Positions 38,306 to 48,537 are shown, counted from the stretch's first letter. The stretch: 64,000 bases of DNA from Candidatus Zixiibacteriota bacterium (GCA_020344055.1 CP070813.1:295551-359550), one strand, 5' to 3'. Translations and numbers: made by a program. Notes: generated by a model not told the origin, from the letters alone.

Positions 38306-38363
38306 TAGTCCTCCAGATCTCTTTATTGACAATATTTATCATTTCGAATCATTTATGCAATAT

Positions 38364-38387
38364 ATTGACGCAGTTGGATTTGTCAAT
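38364..38387. promoter_or_regulatory. Inverted repeat ATTGAC-n12-GTCAAT in the divergent E1alpha / tldD intergenic region (candidate operator)
   Basis: ATTGACgcagttggatttGTCAAT. A third TTGACA lies at 38326-38331. Confidence 0.25.
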
Positions 38388-38611
38388 CGCAAACCTGATA
38401 CTCCAGCTTCCTCTCTTCTGCAATCCATTCGGATCCTTTTTCAAAAAAAAGCGGCAATTTTCGCTATTATGGTAAAGAACCGCGACTTTTTTTATTCGTT
38501 CCCGAAAATTGCAATTTGGGGATTGTTTTTTACGGGAAAAAAATTGTATTATTAACGCATGTATCCACATCTCGCAGTCAAATTGGAATAGAGCAATAAC
38601 GCGGAGGGAAA

Positions 38612-40114
38612 ATGAAAATAGATAGAAGGGAATTCTTAAAATCCACCGCAGCCATATCGGCGGGAGCTGCTCTTTATCCCGGCATTATGAGCATCCTTTC
38701 CGGTAGCGGTTGTTCACCGGGCGTAAGAAGGGATCTCGATGAAGATCAAATAGCGGCCATTCTCGAAAAGGGATTGTCGAAGGGAGGGGATTTCTCGGAA
38801 GTTTACATAGAGGAAATCTCGTCTACCTCTTTTGATATGTCCGAGGGCTCGTTTGCCAGAGCGACGGTGGGCGTTTCTCAGGGAATCGGTGTCAGGACTG
38901 CGGAAGGACCTAAGAACGGCTACGCCTATATTAACGGATTCGATTATCGGGAGGCCATGGCGGCCGCCGAGGCATCGGCTTACATATCGGCGTCCGGTGA
39001 AATGGGCGAGGTTGCCTCTCCTGCGAAAAAGTCGCCTGCGGGATATATAACTATCGAAGTCCCGGTGAGCGATGTCGCCGAAACCGTGAAAATGGATTTG
39101 ATTCAAAGCGCCGAACAGGCCGGCCGCGATTTCAGCCCCCTCGTGAAACAGGTGGATATCGAGTATTACGACCATATGAAAAGACGCAAGATAGCCAACT
39201 CCAACGGGCTGAGGATCGAAAACGAAATTCCCCTGATCTGGGTGGTGATAAACGTCCTGGCCGAGAAAAATGGCGTACGCCACCGGGGACGTAAGCGTCT
39301 GTCCGCCCACCAGGGTTTTGAATTTTTCGAGCTAATAGATCTGGAGGAAGCGGCACGAGCCGCCGCCAACGAGGCGGTGACCATGCTGGAGGCCAGACCG
39401 GCGCCGTCGGGGAAAATGCCGGTGGTGTTGTATCCCGGCTGGGGCGGCGTGCTGATGCATGAGGCCGTCGGTCACGGGCTCGAGGGTGACGCGGTGTTCC
39501 GGGGCGCCTCCATATTCGCCGGGAAAATTGGGGAGAAGGTCGCGTCCGACCTGGTCACGCTGGTTGACGACTCCTCCTGGCCCAACGCCCGCGGCACCAC
39601 CGATTTCGACGATGAAGGAACGCCGGGACAAAGAAATGTCCTCATCGAAAACGGTATCTTGAAAGGTTATATGCACGATCTTATTTCGGCCAGACTCCTT
39701 AACGCCTCGCCCACCGGAAATGGAAGGAGAGAGTCTTATAGACATTTCCCGATTCCCAGGATGACCAATACCTTTCTCGAAAATGGAAACGCGAAACGGG
39801 AAGACATAATCGCAGAGACCGCAAGCGGGCTGTTCGTAAAGGCTCTTTCGGGAGGTTCCGTGGATACCACAACGGGCGAATTCAATTTCGAGGTCCGGGA
39901 GGCGTATCTGATAGAAAACGGGAAAATTACATCTCCCGTCTCGGGAGCATCTCTGATCGGAAAGGGTATCGATGTATTAAGCAATATAGACGCTATCGCA
40001 GGCGACCTCGAACTGGGTGTCGGTATCTGCGGCAAGGGCCAGTGGGTGCCGGTAACGTCCGGGCAACCGACCGCCAGGGTTGCCACCGGAATAACTGTCG
40101 GCGGGACGGCGTAG
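38612..40114 (+). CDS. tldD: TldD-family metalloprotease with a twin-arginine (Tat) signal peptide
   Basis: MKIDRREFLKSTAAISAGAALYP (RREFLK Tat motif); PmbA_TldD fold with HEAVGHGLEGD. RBS gcggaggg. Confidence 0.85.
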   Translation: MKIDRREFLKSTAAISAGAALYPGIMSILSGSGCSPGVRRDLDEDQIAAILEKGLSKGGDFSEVYIEEISSTSFDMSEGSFARATVGVSQGIGVRTAEGPKNGYAYINGFDYREAMAAAEASAYISASGEMGEVASPAKKSPAGYITIEVPVSDVAETVKMDLIQSAEQAGRDFSPLVKQVDIEYYDHMKRRKIANSNGLRIENEIPLIWVVINVLAEKNGVRHRGRKRLSAHQGFEFFELIDLEEAARAAANEAVTMLEARPAPSGKMPVVLYPGWGGVLMHEAVGHGLEGDAVFRGASIFAGKIGEKVASDLVTLVDDSSWPNARGTTDFDDEGTPGQRNVLIENGILKGYMHDLISARLLNASPTGNGRRESYRHFPIPRMTNTFLENGNAKREDIIAETASGLFVKALSGGSVDTTTGEFNFEVREAYLIENGKITSPVSGASLIGKGIDVLSNIDAIAGDLELGVGICGKGQWVPVTSGQPTARVATGITVGGTA

Positions 40115-40123
40115 GAGGGTAAA

Positions 40124-41449
40124 ATGGAATTTACGGAAAAAATTCTCGATAAATGCCTGGACGCCGGGGCGGATTCGGCGGAGGTTTTCAGCCTGAATCA
40201 GAAAAAGCTGTCTTTGACCGTGCGGGAAGGTCGGCTGGAGACGATTCAGAAATCGACCCCGGGCGGGCTGGCGGTAAGATTCTTTAAGGACAACAAGACC
40301 GCCTTCGCTCATACCACCGATCTCTCCGAAAAATCGGTAAATGAAATGGTCCGGACTACAAAGAATATGGCGGCGAAAACCGAGCCCGACGAGCTCGCCG
40401 TTCTTCCCGATCCCGGGCAGTACGGGAGAGATCTCGATATATTTGACGACAGCCGCGCCAATATTCCCACGGAAGCGAAGATCGCCTACCTCGTCAATCT
40501 CGAGAAGCTCGCCATGGATTACGATATTCTGATCGACAAATCCAAAGGCGCCTGGTGCTCGGAGGTGCTGTCGGAGATCGAGCTTTTAAACTCCAACGGC
40601 ATCAAATCGATTTATAAATCTTCGCATTATAACGTTGGTATATCGGTAATAGCCTCGAAGAACGGGAATATGTTTCCGGGGGAGGGTTTTATAAGCGCAA
40701 GGCATTTCAGCGATCTGCTCCCGGCGGAAAAGATAGTCGACAGATATGTATCCAGGGCGCTGAGATTGGTGGGCGGTACGCCGGTATCCGGCGGCGATTA
40801 TGAAATCATCTTTACGCCCTATGTCCCCTACACCATAATGTGGGGTTTGGGTTTCGCGCTGAACGGAGAAAACGCGCTTAAGGGAACTTCGTTTCTGGCG
40901 GGCAAAAAAGGTGAGGCTTTTGCCGACAGTAAGTTGAATGTGTACGATGACGCCATCAAACCGCGCGGTGTCTCCAGCCGCCCCGCCGATCACGAAGGTG
41001 TTCCATCTCAAAATAATAAGCTGGTCGAAAACGGCGTTCTCACCGGATACCTGTATGATACCAGGACCGCCGCCAGGGCCGGGGAAAAATCAACCGGTTC
41101 GGCCATAAGGGACGATTACAACGCCAATCCTGAAATTTCGCCCAGCAATTTTTATATCGCGCCGGGCGATGATAAGACCGATGATGTGATCAAATCCTGC
41201 AAAAAAGGGATAATGGTCGAAGCGGTTCACGGCTGGGGCTTAAATAGCGTAAACGGGCAGTATTCAGCCGGCATAAACGGTATACTGGTGAGGAACGGTA
41301 AAATGGTAAAACCGGTTGCCAATGTGACCGTGGCGGCAAACGCCGAAGATTTTTTCAAGGGGATCGGCGCGGTTTGCGATGATATCACCTTTTACCATGG
41401 ATTCAGTTTGCCTACTATAATGATTAAAAAGATGAAGGTAGGCGCCTGA
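40124..41449 (+). CDS. pmbA: PmbA/TldE-family protein (TldD partner) with no signal peptide
   Basis: Typical PmbA_TldD family length and sequence; starts 10 nt after the tldD stop. Confidence 0.8.
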   Translation: MEFTEKILDKCLDAGADSAEVFSLNQKKLSLTVREGRLETIQKSTPGGLAVRFFKDNKTAFAHTTDLSEKSVNEMVRTTKNMAAKTEPDELAVLPDPGQYGRDLDIFDDSRANIPTEAKIAYLVNLEKLAMDYDILIDKSKGAWCSEVLSEIELLNSNGIKSIYKSSHYNVGISVIASKNGNMFPGEGFISARHFSDLLPAEKIVDRYVSRALRLVGGTPVSGGDYEIIFTPYVPYTIMWGLGFALNGENALKGTSFLAGKKGEAFADSKLNVYDDAIKPRGVSSRPADHEGVPSQNNKLVENGVLTGYLYDTRTAARAGEKSTGSAIRDDYNANPEISPSNFYIAPGDDKTDDVIKSCKKGIMVEAVHGWGLNSVNGQYSAGINGILVRNGKMVKPVANVTVAANAEDFFKGIGAVCDDITFYHGFSLPTIMIKKMKVGA

Positions 41450-41601
41450 AAAACAACTGCGACAGCGTCTGACGCCTAACTCTTTTTTATTCATCCTGTT
41501 ATTAGCGGCACACGAGTGTCTCAAATTACTACATCCCGAAATCTCTTTTCCTGCCTGGATGGCTATTTAAAATAATATGCCGATAATATATTGAGGAGAA
41601 A

Positions 41602-41790
41602 ATGAAGAAACATGCCAAATACATTCCGCTGGAATTATCCGGATCGGAACTCGAGGAGCTTGTAACCCGCTTGAGAGACAGGCTTTTTTTGGAATTCTGG
41701 TCCGAGACCGAGGCAGATTCCAAAAAGGAAGAGATAAAAACCCGGATTGAAGAAAATATCTATGCGGTTCTGGAATCTTCTTTACGGTAG
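41602..41790 (+). CDS. Small hypothetical protein (62 aa, acidic)
   Basis: RBS gaggag 7 nt upstream of the ATG. Could be a spurious ORF. Confidence 0.3.
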   Translation: MKKHAKYIPLELSGSELEELVTRLRDRLFLEFWSETEADSKKEEIKTRIEENIYAVLESSLR

Positions 41791-41974
41791 GCGCATCTGA
41801 ATTCCGCAGTTCGAGCATCCATATTTTCATTGTATAACAAAAAAACCTTGCAATTATAACAACCTTTACTATTTTGTTTATGCCCGTTTCACGTCTTCAG
41901 GGGTCGGAAGCAAACCGAAAAATGAGGAAGGAATATCGAAAGCGCAGTCTAACTTATTTTGCCGGAGGTAGTTC

Positions 41975-43396
41975 ATGAAGAGGTTTGGTATTACGATTAT
42001 GTTTATTTTTTCGGCGGTATCATATACCGGGGCGCAGGATACGCTCTGGACCGGCCATTATGGCCTTATTGACACCACTGAATTGGGCTATTGCGGGGAT
42101 ATTACATCTGATGGAGGGTTTATCGTGGGAGGCGAGTCGAGCAAATTTCTTAACGGGGATATGTGGCTGGTTCGTTGCGATGCAAACGGCGATACTCTAT
42201 GGACTCGTAATTACGGCGCCGCGAGGTGGCAAATGGCCTATTCCGTTATTCAGACGTCAGATGAAGGCTTTATCGCCTGCGGCGAATATAGCGTGGCCGT
42301 GGGTGATTATGATATGTACGTGGTTCGAGTCGACCCCGCGGGCGATACCCTGTGGACTCGCCTGTTCGGGACCGTGGATCAGAATGATTATGGAAGAGAA
42401 ATTATTCAGACCTCCGATGGAGGTTTCCTGGCGCTGGGTCAAGGATATGGTACCAGCGGCTCCAGCGACCTCTATATGGCCAAAATAGATGAATCCGGAA
42501 ATCTGACCTGGAGCAAAACATACGGTTATAGCGGCGGTAGCGAATACGGCTATGGAGCGGTGCAGTTGCCTGACGACGGATATGCGATTGCCGGAAGCTA
42601 TGCCTATTTGTCAACCTCGGATCTCTGGCTTTTGAGAACCGATTCCAACGGGGACACTCTGTGGACCGAGAGATTTGATTTTCATGGTGATGTAGATCGA
42701 GGGGATGATATCGAGATAGCCGACGACGGTGGATTTGTAATTGCCGGGAGGACGAAAAATGCCGGAAACATGCGCCTTTTAACCATGAAAACCGATTCGC
42801 TCGGAAATATGCTCTGGTGGCGCGAATATGGTAGCTCCAGTTCCGATTTCGCCGAATCGATCGATAAAACCTCGGATGGCGGCTTTGTTATCTGCGGCGG
42901 AGCTAACGCTTATCCCTTTGATTTCTTTGTTGTTCGTATAAGCGCCATCGGTGACTCCCTTTGGGCCGGTATATATGATTATGATGGAATACCAGGAGAT
43001 TCCGATGATTCCTTCGAGGTAAGAGTCCATCCAAATGGAGATATAATGGTGTTCGGCTACGCCGACGTCAAAACCGGCACCGGCGCCGACAACGACTTCT
43101 GGGTTGTTAAAATACATGATGGCGCCCTTCAGCAACCGGGTTGCGAGTACGCTGTGGGCGACGCCAACAACAGCGGCAGCCTTAACGGCCTGGATGTCAC
43201 CTATGGCGTGGCCTTTTTCAAGGGAGGCCCCATGCCTCCGTACGAGTGCGAATGCACGCCGGGGAACACCTGGTTTGTGGCCGGCGACGTTAACGCCTCC
43301 TGCTCCTATAACGGCCTTGATATAACATATCTGGTGAATTACTTTAAAGGCGGATCGGATGTCGAACCGTGCGCCGACTGTCCGCCGGCCGGTTAA
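41975..43396 (+). CDS. Secreted beta-propeller-like tandem-repeat protein with a dockerin-like Cys-containing C-terminal tail (paralog of 14079 and 43415)
   Basis: Signal peptide MKRFGITIMFIFSAVSYTGAQ. Repeats WTR.YG...TSDGGF...G...DMWLVR.D.NGDTLW. Tail CEYAVGDANNSGSLNGLDVTYGVAFFKGG..CECTP...GDVNASCSYNGLDITYLVNYFKGG..PCADCPPAG (43142-43393). Confidence 0.75.
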   Translation: MKRFGITIMFIFSAVSYTGAQDTLWTGHYGLIDTTELGYCGDITSDGGFIVGGESSKFLNGDMWLVRCDANGDTLWTRNYGAARWQMAYSVIQTSDEGFIACGEYSVAVGDYDMYVVRVDPAGDTLWTRLFGTVDQNDYGREIIQTSDGGFLALGQGYGTSGSSDLYMAKIDESGNLTWSKTYGYSGGSEYGYGAVQLPDDGYAIAGSYAYLSTSDLWLLRTDSNGDTLWTERFDFHGDVDRGDDIEIADDGGFVIAGRTKNAGNMRLLTMKTDSLGNMLWWREYGSSSSDFAESIDKTSDGGFVICGGANAYPFDFFVVRISAIGDSLWAGIYDYDGIPGDSDDSFEVRVHPNGDIMVFGYADVKTGTGADNDFWVVKIHDGALQQPGCEYAVGDANNSGSLNGLDVTYGVAFFKGGPMPPYECECTPGNTWFVAGDVNASCSYNGLDITYLVNYFKGGSDVEPCADCPPAG

Positions 43397-43414
43397 ACAC
43401 TGATAGAATAGTTT

Positions 43415-44875
43415 GTGGCGGAGTATAAAATGAAAAAATCTGTATTTCTGGCAATCGCGTTCTCGCTTTTTGTCTCAAACGCTCTCGTGGCGCAGGATAG
43501 TCTCTGGAGCAGGTTTTACGGGCATACCGGAAATGGAGGAGTTTTTGACAGCGATCGCGGAATGTGCGGAACTGTCGCCTCGGATGGGGGTTATGCTATC
43601 GGAGGCGTTTCTTACGCGTTCCAGGGGCTGCTGTCCGAATTCTGGCTGGTTAGAACTGACTCAAACGGGGATACACTCTGGACAAGAAATTACGGGACCG
43701 TCGGATTTGAAGAAGCTCATTATCTGATCCAGACCGATGACGGCGGGTACGTATTATGCGGCGACACCAAACCCTCGGGAGGAAATTATAATTTATATAT
43801 AGTCAGAACCGATTCGCTGGGCGATACCCTCTGGACCCGGAGTTTCGGTTCGCCCGCCGGCGACGATAAAGGATGGGCTATTGTCCAGACCGATGACGGC
43901 GGATTTCTGGCGGTCGGCCACGGGTACGGGTCCGGCTGGGATGTTTATATGGTCAGGTTGAATGAATCCGGAGACTCTTTATGGTCGAAAAAATATGGCG
44001 GAAGCCATCCGGATGCCGCCTACGGAGTCACGCAAACGGCCGACGGCGGTTTTGCCCTGGTCGGGCAGTATGCCAACGATGACTTTGGCGATACCGATCT
44101 GTGGTTATTACGCGTCGATTCTCTGGGCGATACTCTCTGGACCCGGAAATACAGCTACAGCGGCGGATGGTCTCGAGGTGAAGCTATCGCGAAAACCTCC
44201 GACGGAGGGTTCGTTATCGCCGGTCAAAACTGGCTGACACTGACCAATGTTGTGATGCTTCTGGTTCGTACCGATTCCCTGGGCAACGAAATCTGGCATA
44301 AAGAATACGGAGGCCCCAATATCGATAACGCCATGTCGCTCGATATCACCTCCGACGGCGGAATTGTTGCCGGGGGACAAACCGATTCCTTCGGTGGCGG
44401 CAACAAAGATTTTTACATTGTCAGGACCGATTCGAGCGGTGATTCTCTTTGGTCAGCGGTTTTCGGCCATAACGGAATCGATTATTGCCACGAAATCAGG
44501 GTCGATCCGTCCGGCGATATAATGGCTTTCGGCCAGCACCATATATACGGCAGCCAGGATTTCGACTACTGGATGATAAAGATAGCCGACAGTACCGCGC
44601 AAAGTGGATGCGAGTATGTCGTCGGCGATGTCAATGACAGCGACAGCTATAACGGTCTTGATATCACTTATGGGGTCAACTTCTTCAAGGGCGGTTCCGA
44701 TCCGATGTGTCCTTTCGGTTCCTGTTCTATTTCTCCTTGCGACACGTTTTTCTACTGCGGAGATGTCAATGGCAGCTGTTCGTATAATGGCTTAGATATT
44801 ACCTACGGGGTTGCGTATTTCAAAAGCGGTCCCGATCCGATTCCCTGCCCCGATTGCCCGCCGACGGGCGATTAA
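43415..44875 (+). CDS. Secreted beta-propeller-like tandem-repeat protein with a dockerin-like Cys-containing C-terminal tail
   Basis: Signal peptide MKKSVFLAIAFSLFVSNALVAQ. Same repeat family. Tail CEYVVGDVNDSDSYNGLDITYGVNFFKGG..CGDVNGSCSYNGLDITYGVAYFKSG..PCPDCPPTGD (44609-44872). Confidence 0.75.
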   Translation: MAEYKMKKSVFLAIAFSLFVSNALVAQDSLWSRFYGHTGNGGVFDSDRGMCGTVASDGGYAIGGVSYAFQGLLSEFWLVRTDSNGDTLWTRNYGTVGFEEAHYLIQTDDGGYVLCGDTKPSGGNYNLYIVRTDSLGDTLWTRSFGSPAGDDKGWAIVQTDDGGFLAVGHGYGSGWDVYMVRLNESGDSLWSKKYGGSHPDAAYGVTQTADGGFALVGQYANDDFGDTDLWLLRVDSLGDTLWTRKYSYSGGWSRGEAIAKTSDGGFVIAGQNWLTLTNVVMLLVRTDSLGNEIWHKEYGGPNIDNAMSLDITSDGGIVAGGQTDSFGGGNKDFYIVRTDSSGDSLWSAVFGHNGIDYCHEIRVDPSGDIMAFGQHHIYGSQDFDYWMIKIADSTAQSGCEYVVGDVNDSDSYNGLDITYGVNFFKGGSDPMCPFGSCSISPCDTFFYCGDVNGSCSYNGLDITYGVAYFKSGPDPIPCPDCPPTGD

Positions 44876-45017
44876 AACCTTGACAACCTTTTAGATATCA
44901 GTATCTTAAATATATCATCGCGCGCTGTCATCTTTGAAAAATTATTATGTCAATATCGGGTGGGGGATTATTAAGATTCATAGGAAAATAAGTGTTTTAA
45001 AGGGTCGGAGGTGTGTG

Positions 45018-47825
45018 ATGTTTTATTTTCCAGTCCGCAAATCGATTGTTATTCTGTCAACAATGTTTTTATCCGTATTTATTATTACGGCAGCGTTGGC
45101 GCAAAAACCTAAGGTTAAGCTAGAACCGGTCTTGTTTGATAATTTTGAAAGCAGAACTCCCGAAGAGTTGTACGTGCCCGAACACATAACCAAAAAACCC
45201 GGCCACTACACCATCACCGACTGGCAAAACGCCATAGATTCAACCTGGGGATGGGGACGGATTAAATCTCAGAAGCTCGATATTTTTGATTCTGTTTGGA
45301 TGGCAATCGATGGAGAATTCGCCTGCTTTGTTAATCATCCAGATTATTATCCCGGGATGTGGATCGATCTGTACACTCTCTATCGAACGGAGATAGATAC
45401 AGGTAATCCTACATACGGCGTCAGCAGAGGTCGGTTTGCGGCCATCATGAATTACCTGACATTGGCTTTGAAAGAAAGCCATACTGAAGCCTGCGACCGT
45501 GATGTGAATCTTTACACATCTCTTTCACCCGGTGTTCCTCTGTTGGTTCTGGGGCCCTTCGGTGATAACGGACATTTCGGGGCGGGTTTAACCCCCCTTC
45601 CCGACAGCACCTCGCTGGTTTATAGAACCGTGCTGAATCATCCCCTTGGATTAGAGCCCGGTGACATCGTATTGGGTTATGATGGTATCCCCTGGAAAGA
45701 GCTTTATTTCGATCTCATAGACGCCCAGCTTCCTCTATATAGCTATTGGTATGAGGGGAGTTGTGAAAGCGCCTATACCCACGCATGGCTGATGAGCGCG
45801 GGCATGAACTGGCATCTTTTCGACACGCTCGATATCGTAAAATACGGAACCGGCGATACGCTTCATTTATCGGTACAACCATTGATCGGCCAGAACATGA
45901 CTCTTTTCTGCTCGGAACAAATGGACATACCGGGCGTCCCCATGCCGGATTTAAGTCAGGGTATACTCGCAAGTTACGGAGTTATCTCCGGAACCCAGAT
46001 CGGCTACATTTACGTCTGGGGCTGGTATGATGAGGATGTTGAATCACAATTCTATGACGCAGTAAGCGCGTTAGTTAGCAATCCTGATATCACCGGATTA
46101 ATCATAGACCTCAGGTTGAACTGGGGAGGTGAACATCATCTGGCAAATGCTGGATTAAATTTAATCTTCAATACGAAAGAATTAGGATTTGGCTATGGCG
46201 AACGCTGTTCTCCAACTGATCATCTTCTGATGTGTCCTAACGATTTTGCCTATTATCATTATATATACGGATCCGCCAAAGCCTATTTCGATAAGCCAAT
46301 TGCTGTCTTAACAGGTCCTGGTGCGCACAGCGCGGGAGATGTCTTTGCAATTACAATGAAACCGCATCCGATGACAAGGTTCTTTGGAAAGGCGTCGGAA
46401 TCCGCATTTAACGTTCCGGTTTATGTCAGTACTGGATATTCGGATTGGCGTTTTCGCAACGCAATTTGGAATGAGTACATGCTTGATGACCCCTCCAATT
46501 ATCTCACCCATTCCGAATTGGAAATTGATGAGTATATATGGCTTTCTCCATCCGATGTCGCCCAGGGTTTCGATACCGTTGTGGAGAGCGCCAGGAGCTG
46601 GATAAACAGCCAGCAGGGTTTACAGCCAGATATATCTGCCGATTCTACGAGTTATAATGTTACTCTTGATTACGGGGAGATTATGTCTGAGACCTTGATA
46701 ATAAACAATAACGGTAGCCGCACGCTGTTTTACTCTCTAACACCGGAAGTCGATTCCGGAACTGTCTATATGTCGAAAAAACTGCCATCGACCACGGGTC
46801 ATGGGGGTTATGATGATTACGGCTATACCTGGATAGATTCGGATCAGCCGCATGGCCCGGCTTTCAGCTGGGTAGATATTTCCGGGATCGGTACCCCCGT
46901 AAGCCTTGGAGATGATTCGTATGTGGGTCCCATAGATATCGGATTTACCTTCCCATTCTACGGCGACGACCATTCGGAGCTTTATATATGCTCTAACGGT
47001 CTTATAACTTTCGGAGCAGGTTCGGGAGTTTATAATAACACACATATTCCCGGCTCCGGCTCTCCGAATAATTTTGTTGCCCCCTGGTGGGATGATCTTA
47101 ATCCCGCAATCGGGGGAGAAGTTTATTTCCATTCAGATGAAGAACGCTTTATTGTGAGCTTTATAGGAGTTCCCAAATATGGTTATGTAAGTTCTGCCAC
47201 TTTCCAAGCGATACTTTATCCTGATGGTCAAATAGAATTCAATTACCTCAACACCGACCTTGAATACGTAGGTTTCTGGGATTTCTATACTACAACCATC
47301 GGCATAGAAAATTCGGGTGGTTCCGATGGACTCGAGATTTATTATAATGCCCCCTACACTATCGATAGCCTTAGTATTTTAATCAATACCGACTGGCTGG
47401 CCGTGAATCCCCACAGCAGCTACATCGCCCCTGGAGATAATGATACGGCCACAGTAACATTCAGTTCAAAGCATCTCGCCCTGGGGATATATACAGGGGA
47501 TATATATCTCGATTCTAATGATCCTACCGATTCGCTGATTATTATTCCGGTATCGCTTACGGTGACCGGAGGTTGCGATTATGTAACCGGTGATGTCAAC
47601 GGCAGTGATAGCTATAACGGCCTTGATATTACCTATGGCGTCAACTTCTTTAAAGGCGGGAGCGACCCGATGTGTCCTGAATGCGGTCTCTGCCCCGATT
47701 GGCACTACTGTGGCGATGTCAACGGAAGCTGCAGTTACAATGGCTTAGATATTACCTATGGTGTGGCTTATTTCAAGGGCGGCGATGCTCCGGTTCCCTG
47801 CGCCGACTGCCCGCCCATAGATTGA
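45018..47825 (+). CDS. Secreted peptidase S41 (C-terminal processing/tail-specific protease-like) with a dockerin-like Cys-containing C-terminal tail
   Basis: GGAGG 6 nt before the ATG at 45018; signal peptide MFYFPVRKSIVILSTMFLSVFIITAALAQ. S41 motifs GLIIDLRLNWGGEHHLA and PIAVLTGPGAHSAGDVFA. Tail CDYVTGDVNGSDSYNGLDITYGVNFFKGG..CGDVNGSCSYNGLDITYGVAYFKGG..PCADCPPID (47574-47822); TGA stop. The ORF is open from 44934. Confidence 0.7.
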   Translation: MFYFPVRKSIVILSTMFLSVFIITAALAQKPKVKLEPVLFDNFESRTPEELYVPEHITKKPGHYTITDWQNAIDSTWGWGRIKSQKLDIFDSVWMAIDGEFACFVNHPDYYPGMWIDLYTLYRTEIDTGNPTYGVSRGRFAAIMNYLTLALKESHTEACDRDVNLYTSLSPGVPLLVLGPFGDNGHFGAGLTPLPDSTSLVYRTVLNHPLGLEPGDIVLGYDGIPWKELYFDLIDAQLPLYSYWYEGSCESAYTHAWLMSAGMNWHLFDTLDIVKYGTGDTLHLSVQPLIGQNMTLFCSEQMDIPGVPMPDLSQGILASYGVISGTQIGYIYVWGWYDEDVESQFYDAVSALVSNPDITGLIIDLRLNWGGEHHLANAGLNLIFNTKELGFGYGERCSPTDHLLMCPNDFAYYHYIYGSAKAYFDKPIAVLTGPGAHSAGDVFAITMKPHPMTRFFGKASESAFNVPVYVSTGYSDWRFRNAIWNEYMLDDPSNYLTHSELEIDEYIWLSPSDVAQGFDTVVESARSWINSQQGLQPDISADSTSYNVTLDYGEIMSETLIINNNGSRTLFYSLTPEVDSGTVYMSKKLPSTTGHGGYDDYGYTWIDSDQPHGPAFSWVDISGIGTPVSLGDDSYVGPIDIGFTFPFYGDDHSELYICSNGLITFGAGSGVYNNTHIPGSGSPNNFVAPWWDDLNPAIGGEVYFHSDEERFIVSFIGVPKYGYVSSATFQAILYPDGQIEFNYLNTDLEYVGFWDFYTTTIGIENSGGSDGLEIYYNAPYTIDSLSILINTDWLAVNPHSSYIAPGDNDTATVTFSSKHLALGIYTGDIYLDSNDPTDSLIIIPVSLTVTGGCDYVTGDVNGSDSYNGLDITYGVNFFKGGSDPMCPECGLCPDWHYCGDVNGSCSYNGLDITYGVAYFKGGDAPVPCADCPPID

Positions 47826-47923
47826 ATATGCCCCAATAATTCAGGCCAAACCGCCGGTTGTCATTTCCTATAAATTATGTTATGTTTTAGTGGTATATAG
47901 CGAGGAGTAAAATCGCCCTGGGA

Positions 47924-48406
47924 TTGGAAATTGTAAAGATTACACAAAGCGACAGCGAGGTCTTAAAAAACCTCATGTCGATGTATCTTCACGACATGTC
48001 CGAGTTCGCCGGTTTTTTAAGGCTTGACCGGAACGGTTCATATAAATATCAAAACCTGCGTTATTACTGGGAAAAAGAAGGACTTTCGGCCTACCTAATA
48101 AAAATAGAATCCGAAGTCGCCGGTTTTATCCTCTCAAACAGAAAGCCTTTTATTCCTGACGATTGCGATATATCCATACAGGAGTTCTTTATTTTAAAAA
48201 AATACCGGGGTAAAGGATACGGTAAAAAAGCGGCGCTGGAATTTCTAAGGCTCTTTCCTGGAAAGTATTATATCGCTCAGCTGGTCAACAACAAACCCGC
48301 CATTGAATTCTGGCGCTCGGTTTACAAAAGTATTGGACTTGATTACGAAGAACGCGAGGAAGTAGATTCCAGGATCAAGATACTCACTCAGAGATTCACA
48401 ATATAA
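47924..48406 (+). CDS. GNAT family N-acetyltransferase
   Basis: Acetyl-CoA binding motif QEFFILKKYRGKGYGKKAA. The TTG start at 47924 is uncertain; internal ATGs are alternatives. Confidence 0.7.
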   Translation: MEIVKITQSDSEVLKNLMSMYLHDMSEFAGFLRLDRNGSYKYQNLRYYWEKEGLSAYLIKIESEVAGFILSNRKPFIPDDCDISIQEFFILKKYRGKGYGKKAALEFLRLFPGKYYIAQLVNNKPAIEFWRSVYKSIGLDYEEREEVDSRIKILTQRFTI

Positions 48407-48537
48407 AAGGCCTTCGGACACGTCCTGTTATTCCGGGCAAATATAATCGTTTTAAGAACTTTCGTATTTTATGTTGTTCCTTATAATTCCCATAAATCCT
48501 TCTTGACCGAATGCGATTCGTCTGGTAATCTTAAGAT

